A DNA stretch of 40,041 nucleotides, taken from the IMG/VR virus record IMGVR_UViG_3300045988_056052; one strand, written 5' to 3'. This DNA is from a virus. A program made the position numbers and the translations under genes. Shown in pieces: positions 6,794-17,081 of this stretch. The notes below the pieces were generated by a model. That model was not told where the DNA came from. It worked only from the letters and a program-made list of their open reading frames with translations, and ran no database searches. The stretch's first letter is position 1, and each line of letters starts with the position of its first letter.

Positions 6794-7163
6794 CAGGAAA
6801 TACGATGAGACCACTCATTTTGATACCTGGTCCCGGACAGTCTTGCACGGCGTTCATGTTTATGTAGATCATAAGACCGCAGTTTCAGATAACGGTCTGA
6901 ACAGTGCGGAAGTCTATAAGATCCGTATTCCTGCGGATATTCCAGAAGCAGATCAGTATCTCCCGCCGGAAGAATATGCTTGTTGTGGAGGCTTCGGAAA
7001 CTGGACTATACAGAACGGGGATCAGATCGTGCTCGGTGAGTGCTGTCAGGAGATTGAGAAACCGGCGGATTTGAAAAAGCTGTTCCAGAGGCATTGCAAG
7101 GTGACAAGCTGGTCAGACAACCGGTTCGGATCAATACCTCACTGGAGGGTCGGAGGTGAGTAG
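6762..7163 (+). CDS. Head-closure / head-tail adaptor protein (start uncertain: GTG 6762 or ATG 6774)
   Basis: ORF in the connector block. The track start at 6699 overlaps the previous gene by 95 nt. SD GGTGGGG precedes 6762. Confidence 0.5.
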   Translation: MITNMDVTVYNRKYDETTHFDTWSRTVLHGVHVYVDHKTAVSDNGLNSAEVYKIRIPADIPEADQYLPPEEYACCGGFGNWTIQNGDQIVLGECCQEIEKPADLKKLFQRHCKVTSWSDNRFGSIPHWRVGGE

Positions 7164-7547
7164 ATGGCTGGCAAGAAAGCATTTTCAATCAATACGCCAC
7201 GTGGAAGTATCACCATGGTTACGAATGCAGACGGATCGGTAACGGCAGAACTGAAATGGGCACCTGGCTTTTCAGAACGAAAAGAGGGTGCTTTTTCCAA
7301 TGCACAGGAATTCGTCGATTCAGAATGCCTGCGGTATATGAATCCGCTGGCACCGAGAAGAACTGGAATGCTGATCAAGTCCGGAACGCTTGGAACGGTG
7401 ATCGGATCCGGATCAATCGAGTATATCACTCCGTATGCACGTCGCCAGTACTATGAACACAAGGCAAGGTCAAAATGGTTTGAAACCATGAAAGCAAGCA
7501 AGAAGGATGTTATAAGGGAAGGGGCAGAGAAGATTGCAGGAAAATAA
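7164..7547 (+). CDS. Head-tail joining protein (HK97 gp10-like / minor capsid)
   Basis: Synteny, plus the motif APRRTGMLIKSG, which resembles the gp10-family DTG.L..S motif. Confidence 0.5.
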   Translation: MAGKKAFSINTPRGSITMVTNADGSVTAELKWAPGFSERKEGAFSNAQEFVDSECLRYMNPLAPRRTGMLIKSGTLGTVIGSGSIEYITPYARRQYYEHKARSKWFETMKASKKDVIREGAEKIAGK

Positions 7548-7956
7548 GAAGACGCCAATCATCGAAAGTATCCGGGAATATGTGAAGTCTTACCCAGGCA
7601 TTGACAATCGTCGGATCAATATCGATTATCTCGGTGATGGAATGGAATACTCCATTGATCCGATCGGAGCAGACCCTATATACAAGAAATATGTGGATGG
7701 TTCCTGCCTGAAACAGTTCCAGTTCGCTCTGACAAGCAAGGAGGCTTATGACGGGGACGCCAGAACCGGAATCGCAAACAGCGGGTTCTATCAGGATTTC
7801 GAGGAGTGGACACAACAGAACAATATGAATGATATCGTACCGGAGCTGGACGGGCATGACGCTATTCGAGTGGAAGTGCTGCAGTCCGGCTATTTGTTTA
7901 GCACAGAGGCAGATCTGGGACGGTATCAGATGATTTGCAGAGTAATTTACAAATAA
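7534..7956 (+). CDS. Tail-completion / tail-terminator-like protein
   Basis: ORF overlapping the previous stop, immediately upstream of the tail tube gene. Called by synteny only. Confidence 0.45.
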   Translation: MQENKKTPIIESIREYVKSYPGIDNRRINIDYLGDGMEYSIDPIGADPIYKKYVDGSCLKQFQFALTSKEAYDGDARTGIANSGFYQDFEEWTQQNNMNDIVPELDGHDAIRVEVLQSGYLFSTEADLGRYQMICRVIYK

Positions 7957-7966
7957 TACAGGAGGT

Positions 7967-8482
7967 ATGAAAATGGAAACAGCTGATGGAAAAAAGAAGT
8001 TGGTTGGGAGACATAAGCGAGTCGCGTTTATGGATGTAACAGGTGATGGAAAGACTTATACAAGAATGACCGGCTTTACATCAATGTCAGAAAGTAAAAA
8101 TGCTATTGAATACAGCAGACATTACGTGGATGAGGAGAGTGAACGAACAGATGTAGTCGGATATGCAACATCAAATGATTATGAATTTGACCGTTATACA
8201 AATGACCATGTGCAACAGAAAATTGCGGAAATTTCAGATGATGAACTTCTCGGATCTGATGCACAGGTATCTATTGTTTCTGTAGATTTATATGATGTAA
8301 AGGAAGAAAGTCCGAATACATGCGTAGCGAGAAAGCGCGAATGGAGCGTTGTTCCAGACAGCTCAGGAGATGGAACAGACGCTCTGATTTACAAAGGAAG
8401 TCTGAAAGCCAATGGTGAAAAGATCAAAGGAACAGCCACTACCACAGACGGCTGGAAGACTTGTACATTTACAGCAGAGTGA
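7967..8482 (+). CDS. Major tail (tube) protein
   Basis: 171 aa with SD AGGAGG. It is the last gene before the chaperone pair and tape measure. Ends with TGA. Confidence 0.7.
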   Translation: MKMETADGKKKLVGRHKRVAFMDVTGDGKTYTRMTGFTSMSESKNAIEYSRHYVDEESERTDVVGYATSNDYEFDRYTNDHVQQKIAEISDDELLGSDAQVSIVSVDLYDVKEESPNTCVARKREWSVVPDSSGDGTDALIYKGSLKANGEKIKGTATTTDGWKTCTFTAE

Positions 8483-8499
8483 GAAAGAGAGGTTAGCTA

Positions 8500-8898
8500 A
8501 TGGGAATTTTTAAGTTTGGAGATCTTGAAGCGGAGATCGATTTTACAGACGCTGATTTCCTGGAAAACCTGGAAGAAGCAAAGAAATTGTTACAGGAAGA
8601 AGCAAAGATGACTCCGGTTACAGGGAAGGCGGCAGACATCATCCGTGCCCAGTGCCGGTGTTACTTTAACTTCTTCGACAGGGTTATCGGAGACGGGGCA
8701 CATGAAGCAATGTTCTGCGGAAAGACAAGCCTGAACCTGTGCATTGAAGCTGTAGAGGCGTTGGAAAAGTTCGAGAATGCGGACGTTGAAAGAATCAATG
8801 AAAAGTATAGTGAATATACCATACAGCAACATGGGAACAGGCAGCAGAGAAGGAACTATAATAAGCAGAAGAACAGGAAGTACTCCAACAACAAGTAA
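8500..8898 (+). CDS. Tail assembly chaperone
   Basis: Position between the tail tube gene and the Gp15-like/TMP genes. Acidic N-terminus and basic tail. Confidence 0.55.
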   Translation: MGIFKFGDLEAEIDFTDADFLENLEEAKKLLQEEAKMTPVTGKAADIIRAQCRCYFNFFDRVIGDGAHEAMFCGKTSLNLCIEAVEALEKFENADVERINEKYSEYTIQQHGNRQQRRNYNKQKNRKYSNNK

Positions 8899-8901
8899 GA
8901 G

Positions 8902-9462
8902 ATGAACATTTTAATTGATAAATTTCCGGAATTTGTATCAGTGGACGGAAAGGAATATCCGGTGGAGACAGATTTCCGGGAATGGATAAGACTAATGAAA
9001 CTGGTAGAGGACGACAGTGTACCGGAGAATATCAAATGTGGTCTACTGATGCAATGGTACACAGACGCGATACCGGACGACCTGGAAGCTGCGATTGATG
9101 CACTCGGCGAGTTCCTCGCCATGAATCCGGACGAGAAAGAAGAAATTGCACCGGTGCAATCATCCAAACAGGTCTATTCTTATGATGAAGATATGACATG
9201 GATCTACAGTGCATTCAGGGAAGTGTATGGTATTGATCTGCAGAAAATTGAGTATATGCACTGGTGGGAGTTTCAGACATTATTTACAGGGCTTCCGGAA
9301 AGCACAGAGATTAAGCAGAGAATGATGTACCGAAGTATAGATCTCAGAACTGTAAAGGATAAGGATGAGCGCAAAAGAATCAAGAGAATACAGGATGCCA
9401 TTGCGCTGAAGAAGAGAAAGAGAAAAATGACAGACTACGAGATTGGGGATATGTTTGCGTGA
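8902..9462 (+). CDS. Bacteriophage Gp15-family tail assembly protein
   Basis: MNILIDKFPEFVSVDGKEYPVETDFREWIRL matches the remembered Gp15 family N-terminus (..tDFR..i). Located upstream of TMP. Confidence 0.6.
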   Translation: MNILIDKFPEFVSVDGKEYPVETDFREWIRLMKLVEDDSVPENIKCGLLMQWYTDAIPDDLEAAIDALGEFLAMNPDEKEEIAPVQSSKQVYSYDEDMTWIYSAFREVYGIDLQKIEYMHWWEFQTLFTGLPESTEIKQRMMYRSIDLRTVKDKDERKRIKRIQDAIALKKRKRKMTDYEIGDMFA

Positions 9463-9470
9463 CAAAGAAA

Positions 9471-9617
9471 ATGATGATCAACATCCCGACAGAACGCAAA
9501 TGGTACAGGTGTCCTTATTGTGGAAAGAAACTGCTGATATACGAAGATACAGCCAAGTGCAATGGCGTGTATCTTAATTGTCGGGAATGCAGGAGAGAAG
9601 TGAAGATTAGGATTTAA
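9471..9617 (+). CDS. Small Cys4 zinc-ribbon protein (Cys-rich KTR-like), 48 aa
   Basis: MMINIPTERKWYRCPYCGKKLLIYEDTAKCNGVYLNCRECRREVKIRI contains CPYC...CREC. It is too short for the ORF track. Confidence 0.5.
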   Translation: MMINIPTERKWYRCPYCGKKLLIYEDTAKCNGVYLNCRECRREVKIRI

Positions 9618-9661
9618 GCACATGTGAGCCGTTGAGCCGTGCTATCAGAAAGGGTGATAGT

Positions 9662-12328
9662 ATGGCGGACGGCTATTTGAATTTTGATACAAAAATTAAT
9701 GAAAAAGGGTTCAACGACGGCATAAAGAAACTGGGAAGCCTCGGGAAAAGTGGATTATCGCTTGTAACGAAAGCAACTGCAGGAGCAGTAGCTGCTATTG
9801 GAACAGGAGCGGCCGCAATCGTAAAGACATCACTTGATGTGGTGGCAAATATGGAGCAGCAGGTCGGCGGAGTAGAGACACTGTTTAAGGACAGTGCATC
9901 GACGGTAATTAAAAATGCCAATATGGCGTATAGGACAGCTCAGATTTCCGCGAATGAGTATATGTCCACGGTAACGAGCTTCTCGGCATCATTGCTGCAG
10001 GGGCTTGGTGGAGATACTGCGAAGGCAGCAGAAATTGCGAATACAGCACTGATTGATATGGCAGATAATGCTAATAAGATGGGCACGAACATGCGCGACA
10101 TCCAGAATGCTTATCAGGGATTTGCAAAGCAGAATTACACCATGCTCGACAACCTGAAGCTGGGATATGGCGGTACACAGGCGGAAATGATCCGACTGAT
10201 CAACGACTCAGGCGTTCTGAACGAAAAGATAGAAGATCTCGATAACGTTACGTTCGATCAGATGATCCTCGCAATCCATAAGATCCAGGAGAATCTTGGA
10301 ATAACCGGAACATCTGCAAAGGAAGCGTCAACTACAATTGAGGGATCTGTTAACTCTGCGAAAGCTGCATGGGAGAACTTTGAAGCAGGTGTGATCAGCG
10401 CAAATGACCTTGTAGATACTTTCTGGACAGCTTCACAGAATATCTTCAATAATTTGGAACAGATTATTCCGAGGCTAGGAAAGACCGGAATGGATGTCGT
10501 GGAATCATTATCCAGCAAGATCGGAGAGTCAGTTCCACAGCTGAAAGGGTTCGCGGATGCGGTCGGAAATGTGGCTGATAAACTGGGGAGCATGGACTCA
10601 GATCAGCTGATGAATCTGGGAAAGATGTCAGCGGTTCTGTTGGGAGCAGCACCTGCTTTCAGCGTAATAGGAAAAAGCGCAGGAACATTCGGTGACGTAC
10701 TGGATGGATTAGGAGATATAAGCGGGGGAGTTACAGCAAAACTGAACAAGCTTCCGGGAGATGTAAAAAGCCTGGGGGCTAAGCTGCAGTCTGGAGCAAA
10801 GGTGTTTGGGAATGCAAGAGATGCGATACTGCTCCCATTCCAAGACTTATCTCCGAAACTCTCAGGAATATTCAGCAAGATGACTGGCTCGATCAGTTCG
10901 GGACCGATTGGAAAGTTAGTTGGTGATTTTACGGAGATTCCAAAAGGAATAGCATCCTCATTCGGACAGATCGGACCGGCGATATCCAGAAAGTTTCCGA
11001 AAGCAATCTCTGCACTGAATAGTTTTGGAAGCCAAGTGAGTGGAGTCTTTGGCGTGATAACGAACGGAGCAACTGGATTTGGTTCGTTACTGGGTGATGC
11101 ATTTGGCCAGGTATTACCGAGGGTGTCTGGATTTGCAAGCCAGTTCGTTGGTTATCTTGGAGTTGCTGGAGATGCATTTGCACCAATTTTATCAAAAGCA
11201 GCTAGTTTTATTCCGCATCTGATTACTTGCATGAATTTTGCAGCGCTGGCGGCGGTAGTTGCAGTAGGACTCGGATTATTATACAGCCAGTTTGGAACAC
11301 AGATCGACCAGCTTCTGCTTCTGGCACAGACAAAAGGACCGGAGATTATTTCCAATCTTGGAAATGGAATTACAGCAGCACTTCCGGGATTGATGGGGCA
11401 GGGCGCAACGCTGATTTTGGGATTGATGAATGCAATCACAGCGAATCTGCCGGCACTTATTTCTACGGGCGCAAGTATTATAGCAACACTTGTGAGCAGT
11501 TTGGCAGAACAGCTCCCGCAATTAATTCCGGCAGCGGCAAGTATGATTCTGACACTGGTGGAGGCGCTGATCAGCAATCTCCCACAGATTATCTCGTCAG
11601 GACTTGATTTAATGATGGGGCTCGCACAGGGGATCGCAAATGCAATCCCGCAGGTGACAGCGAAAGCGCCGGTCATTATTGGAAAACTGGCATCTACGAT
11701 TATTACGAACCTGCCAAAGATCATACAGACCGGTATTCAGATTCTCACACAATTGGCGGTCGGACTGGTAAAAGGAATTCCGACCCTGCTTGGTAAGATC
11801 CCGTCCATGATCAGCCAAATCAAGAATGCATTCACCAGTGTGGACTGGGGAAGTGTCGGCGTTAATATTATCAAAGGAATTGCAAGCGGACTTAGCAGCG
11901 CGGCAAAGAGTCTGGCAGATGCAGCAGCAAATGCAGCAAGCAATGCCCTTGACTGGGTGAAATCAAAACTTGGTATTCATTCACCGTCCCGTGTGTTCCG
12001 TGATCAGGTAGGTAAGATGATGGCTCTTGGTATGGGAATCGGATTTGAGAAGAATATTCCAGTCAAGAGCATGAGCGCAGGAGTCAAGAGAGCTGTAGGA
12101 AGCCTGAAGAAGTCAGCTGAATTGATTACAAGCAGAAGCACATCCAACAACAGCGTGGATGGAATACGAAACCATCCGGTATGGGGCGGACCAACGGATC
12201 AGACGGATTATGACAGATTGGAGAGGATACAGATGAAAGCGGCCAAGACGATAGCGAAGAGACCAATATATCTTGGAACAGAGCGAATCGACAAGCCACT
12301 GCCGAAAGGAGCGGTACCGCAAGTATGA
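9662..12328 (+). CDS. Tail tape measure protein
   Basis: About 890 aa, Ala/Gly/Ile-rich and repetitive, with a hydrophobic central region and a C-terminal LGIHSPSRVF motif. ATG 9662 has a better SD than the track start at 9632. Confidence 0.9.
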   Translation: MADGYLNFDTKINEKGFNDGIKKLGSLGKSGLSLVTKATAGAVAAIGTGAAAIVKTSLDVVANMEQQVGGVETLFKDSASTVIKNANMAYRTAQISANEYMSTVTSFSASLLQGLGGDTAKAAEIANTALIDMADNANKMGTNMRDIQNAYQGFAKQNYTMLDNLKLGYGGTQAEMIRLINDSGVLNEKIEDLDNVTFDQMILAIHKIQENLGITGTSAKEASTTIEGSVNSAKAAWENFEAGVISANDLVDTFWTASQNIFNNLEQIIPRLGKTGMDVVESLSSKIGESVPQLKGFADAVGNVADKLGSMDSDQLMNLGKMSAVLLGAAPAFSVIGKSAGTFGDVLDGLGDISGGVTAKLNKLPGDVKSLGAKLQSGAKVFGNARDAILLPFQDLSPKLSGIFSKMTGSISSGPIGKLVGDFTEIPKGIASSFGQIGPAISRKFPKAISALNSFGSQVSGVFGVITNGATGFGSLLGDAFGQVLPRVSGFASQFVGYLGVAGDAFAPILSKAASFIPHLITCMNFAALAAVVAVGLGLLYSQFGTQIDQLLLLAQTKGPEIISNLGNGITAALPGLMGQGATLILGLMNAITANLPALISTGASIIATLVSSLAEQLPQLIPAAASMILTLVEALISNLPQIISSGLDLMMGLAQGIANAIPQVTAKAPVIIGKLASTIITNLPKIIQTGIQILTQLAVGLVKGIPTLLGKIPSMISQIKNAFTSVDWGSVGVNIIKGIASGLSSAAKSLADAAANAASNALDWVKSKLGIHSPSRVFRDQVGKMMALGMGIGFEKNIPVKSMSAGVKRAVGSLKKSAELITSRSTSNNSVDGIRNHPVWGGPTDQTDYDRLERIQMKAAKTIAKRPIYLGTERIDKPLPKGAVPQV

Positions 12329-13107
12329 TTGTATATTATGAAAATTCAAAAGGGGAGCAACTGAATCTTCTGAAGGCTCCCTATAGGACTATGAAGACAG
12401 ACTGGTTTGATGCGGACTGGTCAGAGTCTTCTAACGGGTATGAAAAGACCGTGACAATTGACGTATTCGGGAAACGAAACGAATTCCGGTCGAATATGGA
12501 GCAACTCTATAAGATCATAGCAGTTGATGCGGAAAATGAAGTATATGGAAGGCTGTATGTAAATGGAGCTTATTTACGATGCAGGATATTAAAATCGGCA
12601 AAGGAAGGATGGAAAGGTTACGTCTATTCCGAGGTGGGACTTACCTTTCAGGCACCGGAGCTTGTGTGGGTGGTAGAAACTGGAAAACAATTCTTTCCAC
12701 AGCCCGAAGAAGAGGCAGCTGCAGGTATTGATTTTCCGTATAATCATCCGTTCGACTTTGCAGGAGTGAAGCGCGGGACCGCTGTGTGGGAAGTAGAGCA
12801 TATTATTCCGAGTGATTTCCAGATGATTATCTACGGACCATGCGTGAATCCAAGAATCTTAATCAATGATTATCCTTATGAGGTATTTGTGACACTGGAA
12901 CGAAATGAATATCTTGTGATCGACAGCAGATCTTGTAAGGTTATGAGATATTTATCAAATGGAACTGTGCAGAATGCATTTAATGAGAGAGCGCTGGAAC
13001 ATAGCATATTTGAGAAAATTCCTTCCGGGCTTTTAAATATCAACTGGTCGGGAGACTTTGGTTTTGATTTGACCTTATTTTTGAACAGGAGGGAGCCGCC
13101 GTGGTAA
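12325..13107 (+). CDS. Distal tail protein (Dit)
   Basis: Immediately downstream of TMP and overlapping it. 260 aa. Confidence 0.65.
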   Translation: MIVYYENSKGEQLNLLKAPYRTMKTDWFDADWSESSNGYEKTVTIDVFGKRNEFRSNMEQLYKIIAVDAENEVYGRLYVNGAYLRCRILKSAKEGWKGYVYSEVGLTFQAPELVWVVETGKQFFPQPEEEAAAGIDFPYNHPFDFAGVKRGTAVWEVEHIIPSDFQMIIYGPCVNPRILINDYPYEVFVTLERNEYLVIDSRSCKVMRYLSNGTVQNAFNERALEHSIFEKIPSGLLNINWSGDFGFDLTLFLNRREPPW

Positions 13108-14090
13108 CACTGGCAGATAAGAATCTACATGAGATTGGATATGTGAAAGATGCTAATTTTACTGCAGATGTGAATGGAGAGTACGAGTTTTCAGTTCAGA
13201 TCGCAAGATCAAACTGGTATCCGGAATTGAACTTTTCCAGTTATATATACATTGTTGGTACAGAATATGGTGGAATTATCGGTGAGATCCTGACGGATAC
13301 CACACTTGATTATGTGGAAGTGAAAGGGATCACCTGGCGTGGATTTTTGCAGTACAAAGTGATTGAGCCGCCGGCAGGATCTGATTACAAGAAAGTAACA
13401 GGGGAAATACATCAGGTTATGAAAGCATTGATTGAACCGGAGTTTAGTGGCTTGTATGTAGTGTCTTCCAAGAATACAGAAATCACGGTCAGTAATTATC
13501 TGTTTGACCGCTACTGTACCTTGCTTGCAGGGATTAGCAAGATGCTGAAAAGCAAAGAGTATAGGTTGAACATCCGGTTCCTTCGGGAGCATGGAGAACC
13601 GGGATATCTGCTGATAGAAGCAGTTCCTGTTGTAGATTATTCAAAAAAACTGGAACTGTCGAAAGACATGCAGCTGAATTATACAATGGATGATAAGCGG
13701 AATGGAGTGAATCATCTGATCGTAGCAGGAAAGGGAGAACTTCAGGAAAGAAATGTATTCCATCTGTATGTACAGAAAAACGGTAGTATTGGAAAAGAAA
13801 AATATTATACTGGGCTGGATGAAATCACGGAGGTGTACGAAAATACATCAACGGAGACGGATGAACTTGAGAAAAATGCAATTGAACGACTTCAGGACCG
13901 AATGAATAAGAAGACATTCAAAATGGATGTTGCAAGTCTTGGACTTCAGGTCGGTATTGGAGATATCGTAGGAGGCAGAGATTACCTGACCGGGATGTAT
14001 ATGTCAAAGCCTGTAAAGAACATCATCTATGAAATCACAAATGATGTAGAATCAATTACTTATAAATTGGAAGGAGAAGATGAAGAATGA
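13101..14090 (+). CDS. Tail-associated protein (siphovirus Gp37-like / Tal-like)
   Basis: GTG start overlapping the Dit stop. The N-terminus VTLADKNLHEIGYVKDANF... resembles the Gp37-like family. Confidence 0.55.
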   Translation: MVTLADKNLHEIGYVKDANFTADVNGEYEFSVQIARSNWYPELNFSSYIYIVGTEYGGIIGEILTDTTLDYVEVKGITWRGFLQYKVIEPPAGSDYKKVTGEIHQVMKALIEPEFSGLYVVSSKNTEITVSNYLFDRYCTLLAGISKMLKSKEYRLNIRFLREHGEPGYLLIEAVPVVDYSKKLELSKDMQLNYTMDDKRNGVNHLIVAGKGELQERNVFHLYVQKNGSIGKEKYYTGLDEITEVYENTSTETDELEKNAIERLQDRMNKKTFKMDVASLGLQVGIGDIVGGRDYLTGMYMSKPVKNIIYEITNDVESITYKLEGEDEE

Positions 14091-14920
14091 AAATTGTATC
14101 TGGAAGAACCGGATCACCCCATGTGACTTCGCAGCAGTTCCGGCAGATGCTGGAAGGAATACTGGGACAGGACAGTTATATTCTCACGAGCGGAGAAAAT
14201 TTAAAGCCGGAATTGAGTTCCAATAATCTGCTCAAGATCCGGAGCGGGATGATGTGCCATCATGGATGTATTTCCTGTGTGGAAATCGGAACTTATGATG
14301 AGGTCACTCTGACGAATGGATCACATGGAATGCAGAGAATTGACCTCGTGGTAAACCGGTATACCAGGAATGCGGAGACAGAGGTTGAAAAATGCGAATG
14401 GAAGGTGATCACCGGGACAGCAAAGGCGAGCAGCCCAGCAGTTCCGACATATACGAAGAGCAATCTTCAGGATGGAGATCTTGTAGATGAGTGTCCGGTA
14501 TTTGAAATTCACTACAATGGAATCAATGTTACGGAGGTGAAGAGCCTGTTGAGTGTAGTGGGATCACTTGCTGAATTAAATGGCAAATCATATGAGCTGA
14601 TCAAAGTCAGTGATAACAGATATGTGAAGAAATACGCAGACGGACGCTTTGAAGCATATGGTCATATAGCAATCAAGGATCTTGTATTTGCAAATCAGAT
14701 TGGATCAAGCGGTGTTTATTACGCTCAATATCAGAATTTAAATATTGGGATTACTGCTAAAACCATTTCATCTGTACAACACACGGCAAATAACTCTGGT
14801 GTTGTATGGACTGGCAATGCATCTGTGTCTGGAATCGCCATGAAAGGAACTATCTTGCAATATGGTAATACTTCCAGAGCAACAGATTTAAACTATGATG
14901 TTAAGGGAACCTGGAAATAA
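14087..14920 (+). CDS. Tail fibre / baseplate-associated protein (unknown family)
   Basis: ATGA-coupled to the previous gene. 277 aa in the distal tail block. Confidence 0.5.
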   Translation: MKIVSGRTGSPHVTSQQFRQMLEGILGQDSYILTSGENLKPELSSNNLLKIRSGMMCHHGCISCVEIGTYDEVTLTNGSHGMQRIDLVVNRYTRNAETEVEKCEWKVITGTAKASSPAVPTYTKSNLQDGDLVDECPVFEIHYNGINVTEVKSLLSVVGSLAELNGKSYELIKVSDNRYVKKYADGRFEAYGHIAIKDLVFANQIGSSGVYYAQYQNLNIGITAKTISSVQHTANNSGVVWTGNASVSGIAMKGTILQYGNTSRATDLNYDVKGTWK

Positions 14921-15045
14921 CTCACAATTCTTATTTCTAAGGAATTGGCAGTGGTTTTGGATTCACATCCGGCGCAGGTCGGGTGTCTTTGTTATGCGCT
15001 TTTATATATGCAACATAGAAACATGATTCAGAGAAAGGAAAAGAT

Positions 15046-15417
15046 ATGAAAATTATATTCAACGATGGTCAGGAGCTGACAGTGCAGGATGTATCCATTC
15101 AGGCTGATGGTGGTCTTCTGGTCAAAACAATCTCAGCAACAGAGGATGAGATCAAAGCAATTTTTTCAGACTCCATGACAACAAAGAAGATGACAGTCCA
15201 TGAGCGTGGATCAGAGCTTGCATGCTATGAAAATTATACGAAGTTTGATGCTGTTGTGAAGTATACAGCGGGCATTCTTGGAATTGTCATGTACCAGGAA
15301 GAGCAGGCACCGGAAGACCGAATCAAGGCACTTGAGAAAGAAAAGGCAGACATGAAGGAGAAGATTGACCAGTTAGAGGGCTGTATTCTGGAAATGTCTG
15401 AGCTGGTATATCAGTAA
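15046..15417 (+). CDS. Tail-module protein with a C-terminal coiled coil (XkdW-like position)
   Basis: ORF with SD AAAGGAA. C-terminal heptad-like sequence KALEKEKADMKEKIDQLEG. Confidence 0.45.
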   Translation: MKIIFNDGQELTVQDVSIQADGGLLVKTISATEDEIKAIFSDSMTTKKMTVHERGSELACYENYTKFDAVVKYTAGILGIVMYQEEQAPEDRIKALEKEKADMKEKIDQLEGCILEMSELVYQ

Positions 15418-15473
15418 TGGTAACTCTATTAACCAATTTATTCATAATGCTACAAAACAACGGAGGTAAAGAA

Positions 15474-15617
15474 ATGATGGCAATGTTATGGGCACAGCAG
15501 ATTATGTTGGGAAAGAAAACGTATGAACAGGTTCCAAGACTTTTGAAAGATAAGGTAAAAGAGATCCTGAAAGATTCCGGAATGGGCGAACTTGTTACAG
15601 ATGAGACACAGGAGTAG
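15474..15617 (+). CDS. Small tail-module protein (XkdX-like position), 47 aa
   Basis: SD GGAGG then ATG 15474: MMAMLWAQQIMLGKKTYEQVPRLLKDKVKEIL. The track start 15417 lacks an SD. Confidence 0.45.
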   Translation: MMAMLWAQQIMLGKKTYEQVPRLLKDKVKEILKDSGMGELVTDETQE

Positions 15618-15629
15618 AGGCGAAAACAG

Positions 15630-16514
15630 ATGGCAGTAAAAACAGCACAGTATATATTTAATGGTCAGACGATTAATCTGACATACAATTCAACATCAGG
15701 AAAATGGGAAGCGACGGTAACTGCACCAAGTAAATCCAGTTATAGCCAGACGGACCACGTTCTGGGCGGTACGGTAAAGGCTACAGATGTGGCAGGAAAT
15801 ACAACGACCGTTGATCAGAGCCATGCAACACTTGGTTCCTCTCTGAAGATCAGAGTCAAAGAGAAGGTAGCTCCGGTAATCAGTATCACTGCACCGACAG
15901 CCGATTCTTATATTACAAACGCAACACCGACCATCAAGTTTACGGTAACAGATGCAGATTCTGGTGTAAATTCCGGTACAATCGCAATGAAGCTGGATGG
16001 TACAGCCGTTACAGTTACAAAGACAGCAATCACAGGTGGATATGAATGCAGCTATAAACCGACTACCGCACTGAAAGATGGAAGTCACACAATTTCTGTG
16101 ACAGCATCAGATAATGATGGAAATGCAGCTTCAGCGAAGACAGCAACCTTTACAGTGGATACAGTACCGCCGACTCTGACGATTACAGCACCGGCAGAAG
16201 GTCTTGTGACAAATAAGACAACTATTACTGTTACAGGTAAGACAGACGATGCAACATCTAAGCCGGTTACAGTTACTGTAAATGGTGCAGCGGCTACAGT
16301 TGGGACAGATGGATTCTTTAGCAAGGATGTAACGCTGACCAATGGTGCAAACAAGATTACGATCATTGCCAAGGACAAAGCAGGTAAGACTACAACGATC
16401 ACGAGAAATGTAACGCTTGATACAGCCGCTCCGGTGATCAAGTCTATCACCCTGACTCCGAATCCGGTTGATTGTGGTAAGACCTTTGTGATTGCTGTAG
16501 AGATTACGGACTAG
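15630..16514 (+). CDS. Ig-like (Big-type) repeat protein, likely fibre or decoration/adhesion protein
   Basis: Thr/Val-rich tandem beta-sandwich units (..ITAPTADSYITNATPTIKFTVTDADSGV.., ..LTITAPAEGLVTNKTTITVTGKTDD.., ..ITLTPNPVDCGKTFVIAVEITD). Confidence 0.7.
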   Translation: MAVKTAQYIFNGQTINLTYNSTSGKWEATVTAPSKSSYSQTDHVLGGTVKATDVAGNTTTVDQSHATLGSSLKIRVKEKVAPVISITAPTADSYITNATPTIKFTVTDADSGVNSGTIAMKLDGTAVTVTKTAITGGYECSYKPTTALKDGSHTISVTASDNDGNAASAKTATFTVDTVPPTLTITAPAEGLVTNKTTITVTGKTDDATSKPVTVTVNGAAATVGTDGFFSKDVTLTNGANKITIIAKDKAGKTTTITRNVTLDTAAPVIKSITLTPNPVDCGKTFVIAVEITD

Positions 16515-16525
16515 GAGGTTCTGTT

Positions 16526-16819
16526 ATGGTTGTGAAGGCAACCGGCAAGGTAGACGGGAAAGAGGTTATCTTTGAACGGGCAGAAGGGGATCTGTGGAAA
16601 GTCACGATCCCCTATGATCTTGATGGGATGTATGTGGTAGAAGTGACTGCAGAAGACGAGGCGGGTAATATAGCATTTTGCACGAAGTTACTGTTAATCG
16701 TGGATCCAGCTACTCTATGCATCCATCTCATACCATATGAGTATACCGTGGAAGTAGTTCAGGAAGAATTTTGTGTGGATGTGGTTCATCCGTGTCATGG
16801 GAGGTGCTGTTGTGAATAG
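16526..16819 (+). CDS. Ig-like domain protein with a Cys-rich tail
   Basis: WKVTIPYDLDGMYVVEVTAEDEAGN resembles the preceding Ig-like units. The C-terminus is HPCHGRCCCE. Confidence 0.45.
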   Translation: MVVKATGKVDGKEVIFERAEGDLWKVTIPYDLDGMYVVEVTAEDEAGNIAFCTKLLLIVDPATLCIHLIPYEYTVEVVQEEFCVDVVHPCHGRCCCE

Positions 16820-17081
16820 AGTAAGATTTATCCAGGGTGAGGACAAACATGTCAAACTGCTGGTAAGAAGTCCGAATAATGAACCATTTACCATTCTGGC
16901 AGCATCTTACAGTCTGTCACGGTTTGGAGAAGTTGAATCTCATGGAGAATGTGAGATCAATGGTCATTATCTGGATATTAAAATTGCACCAGTGCAAAAG
17001 GCGAAGTCTTATATACTGGAAGTTACTTATGTGGTTGCTGATTCAACGAGGAAAGTAAGGATAGAAGTAGAGGTGGTATGA
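16812..17081 (+). CDS. Hypothetical tail-module protein
   Basis: SD GGGAGG then GTG 16812, overlapping the previous stop. The track ORF starts at 16773. Confidence 0.45.
   Translation: MNRVRFIQGEDKHVKLLVRSPNNEPFTILAASYSLSRFGEVESHGECEINGHYLDIKIAPVQKAKSYILEVTYVVADSTRKVRIEVEVV

Noticed and set aside
8500-9462. Programmed -1 frameshift (G/GT-type) between the two tail chaperone ORFs
   Set aside because: No slippery heptamer is visible near the end of 8500..8898. The second ORF has its own ATG 4 nt after the stop and looks like a separate Gp15-family gene.
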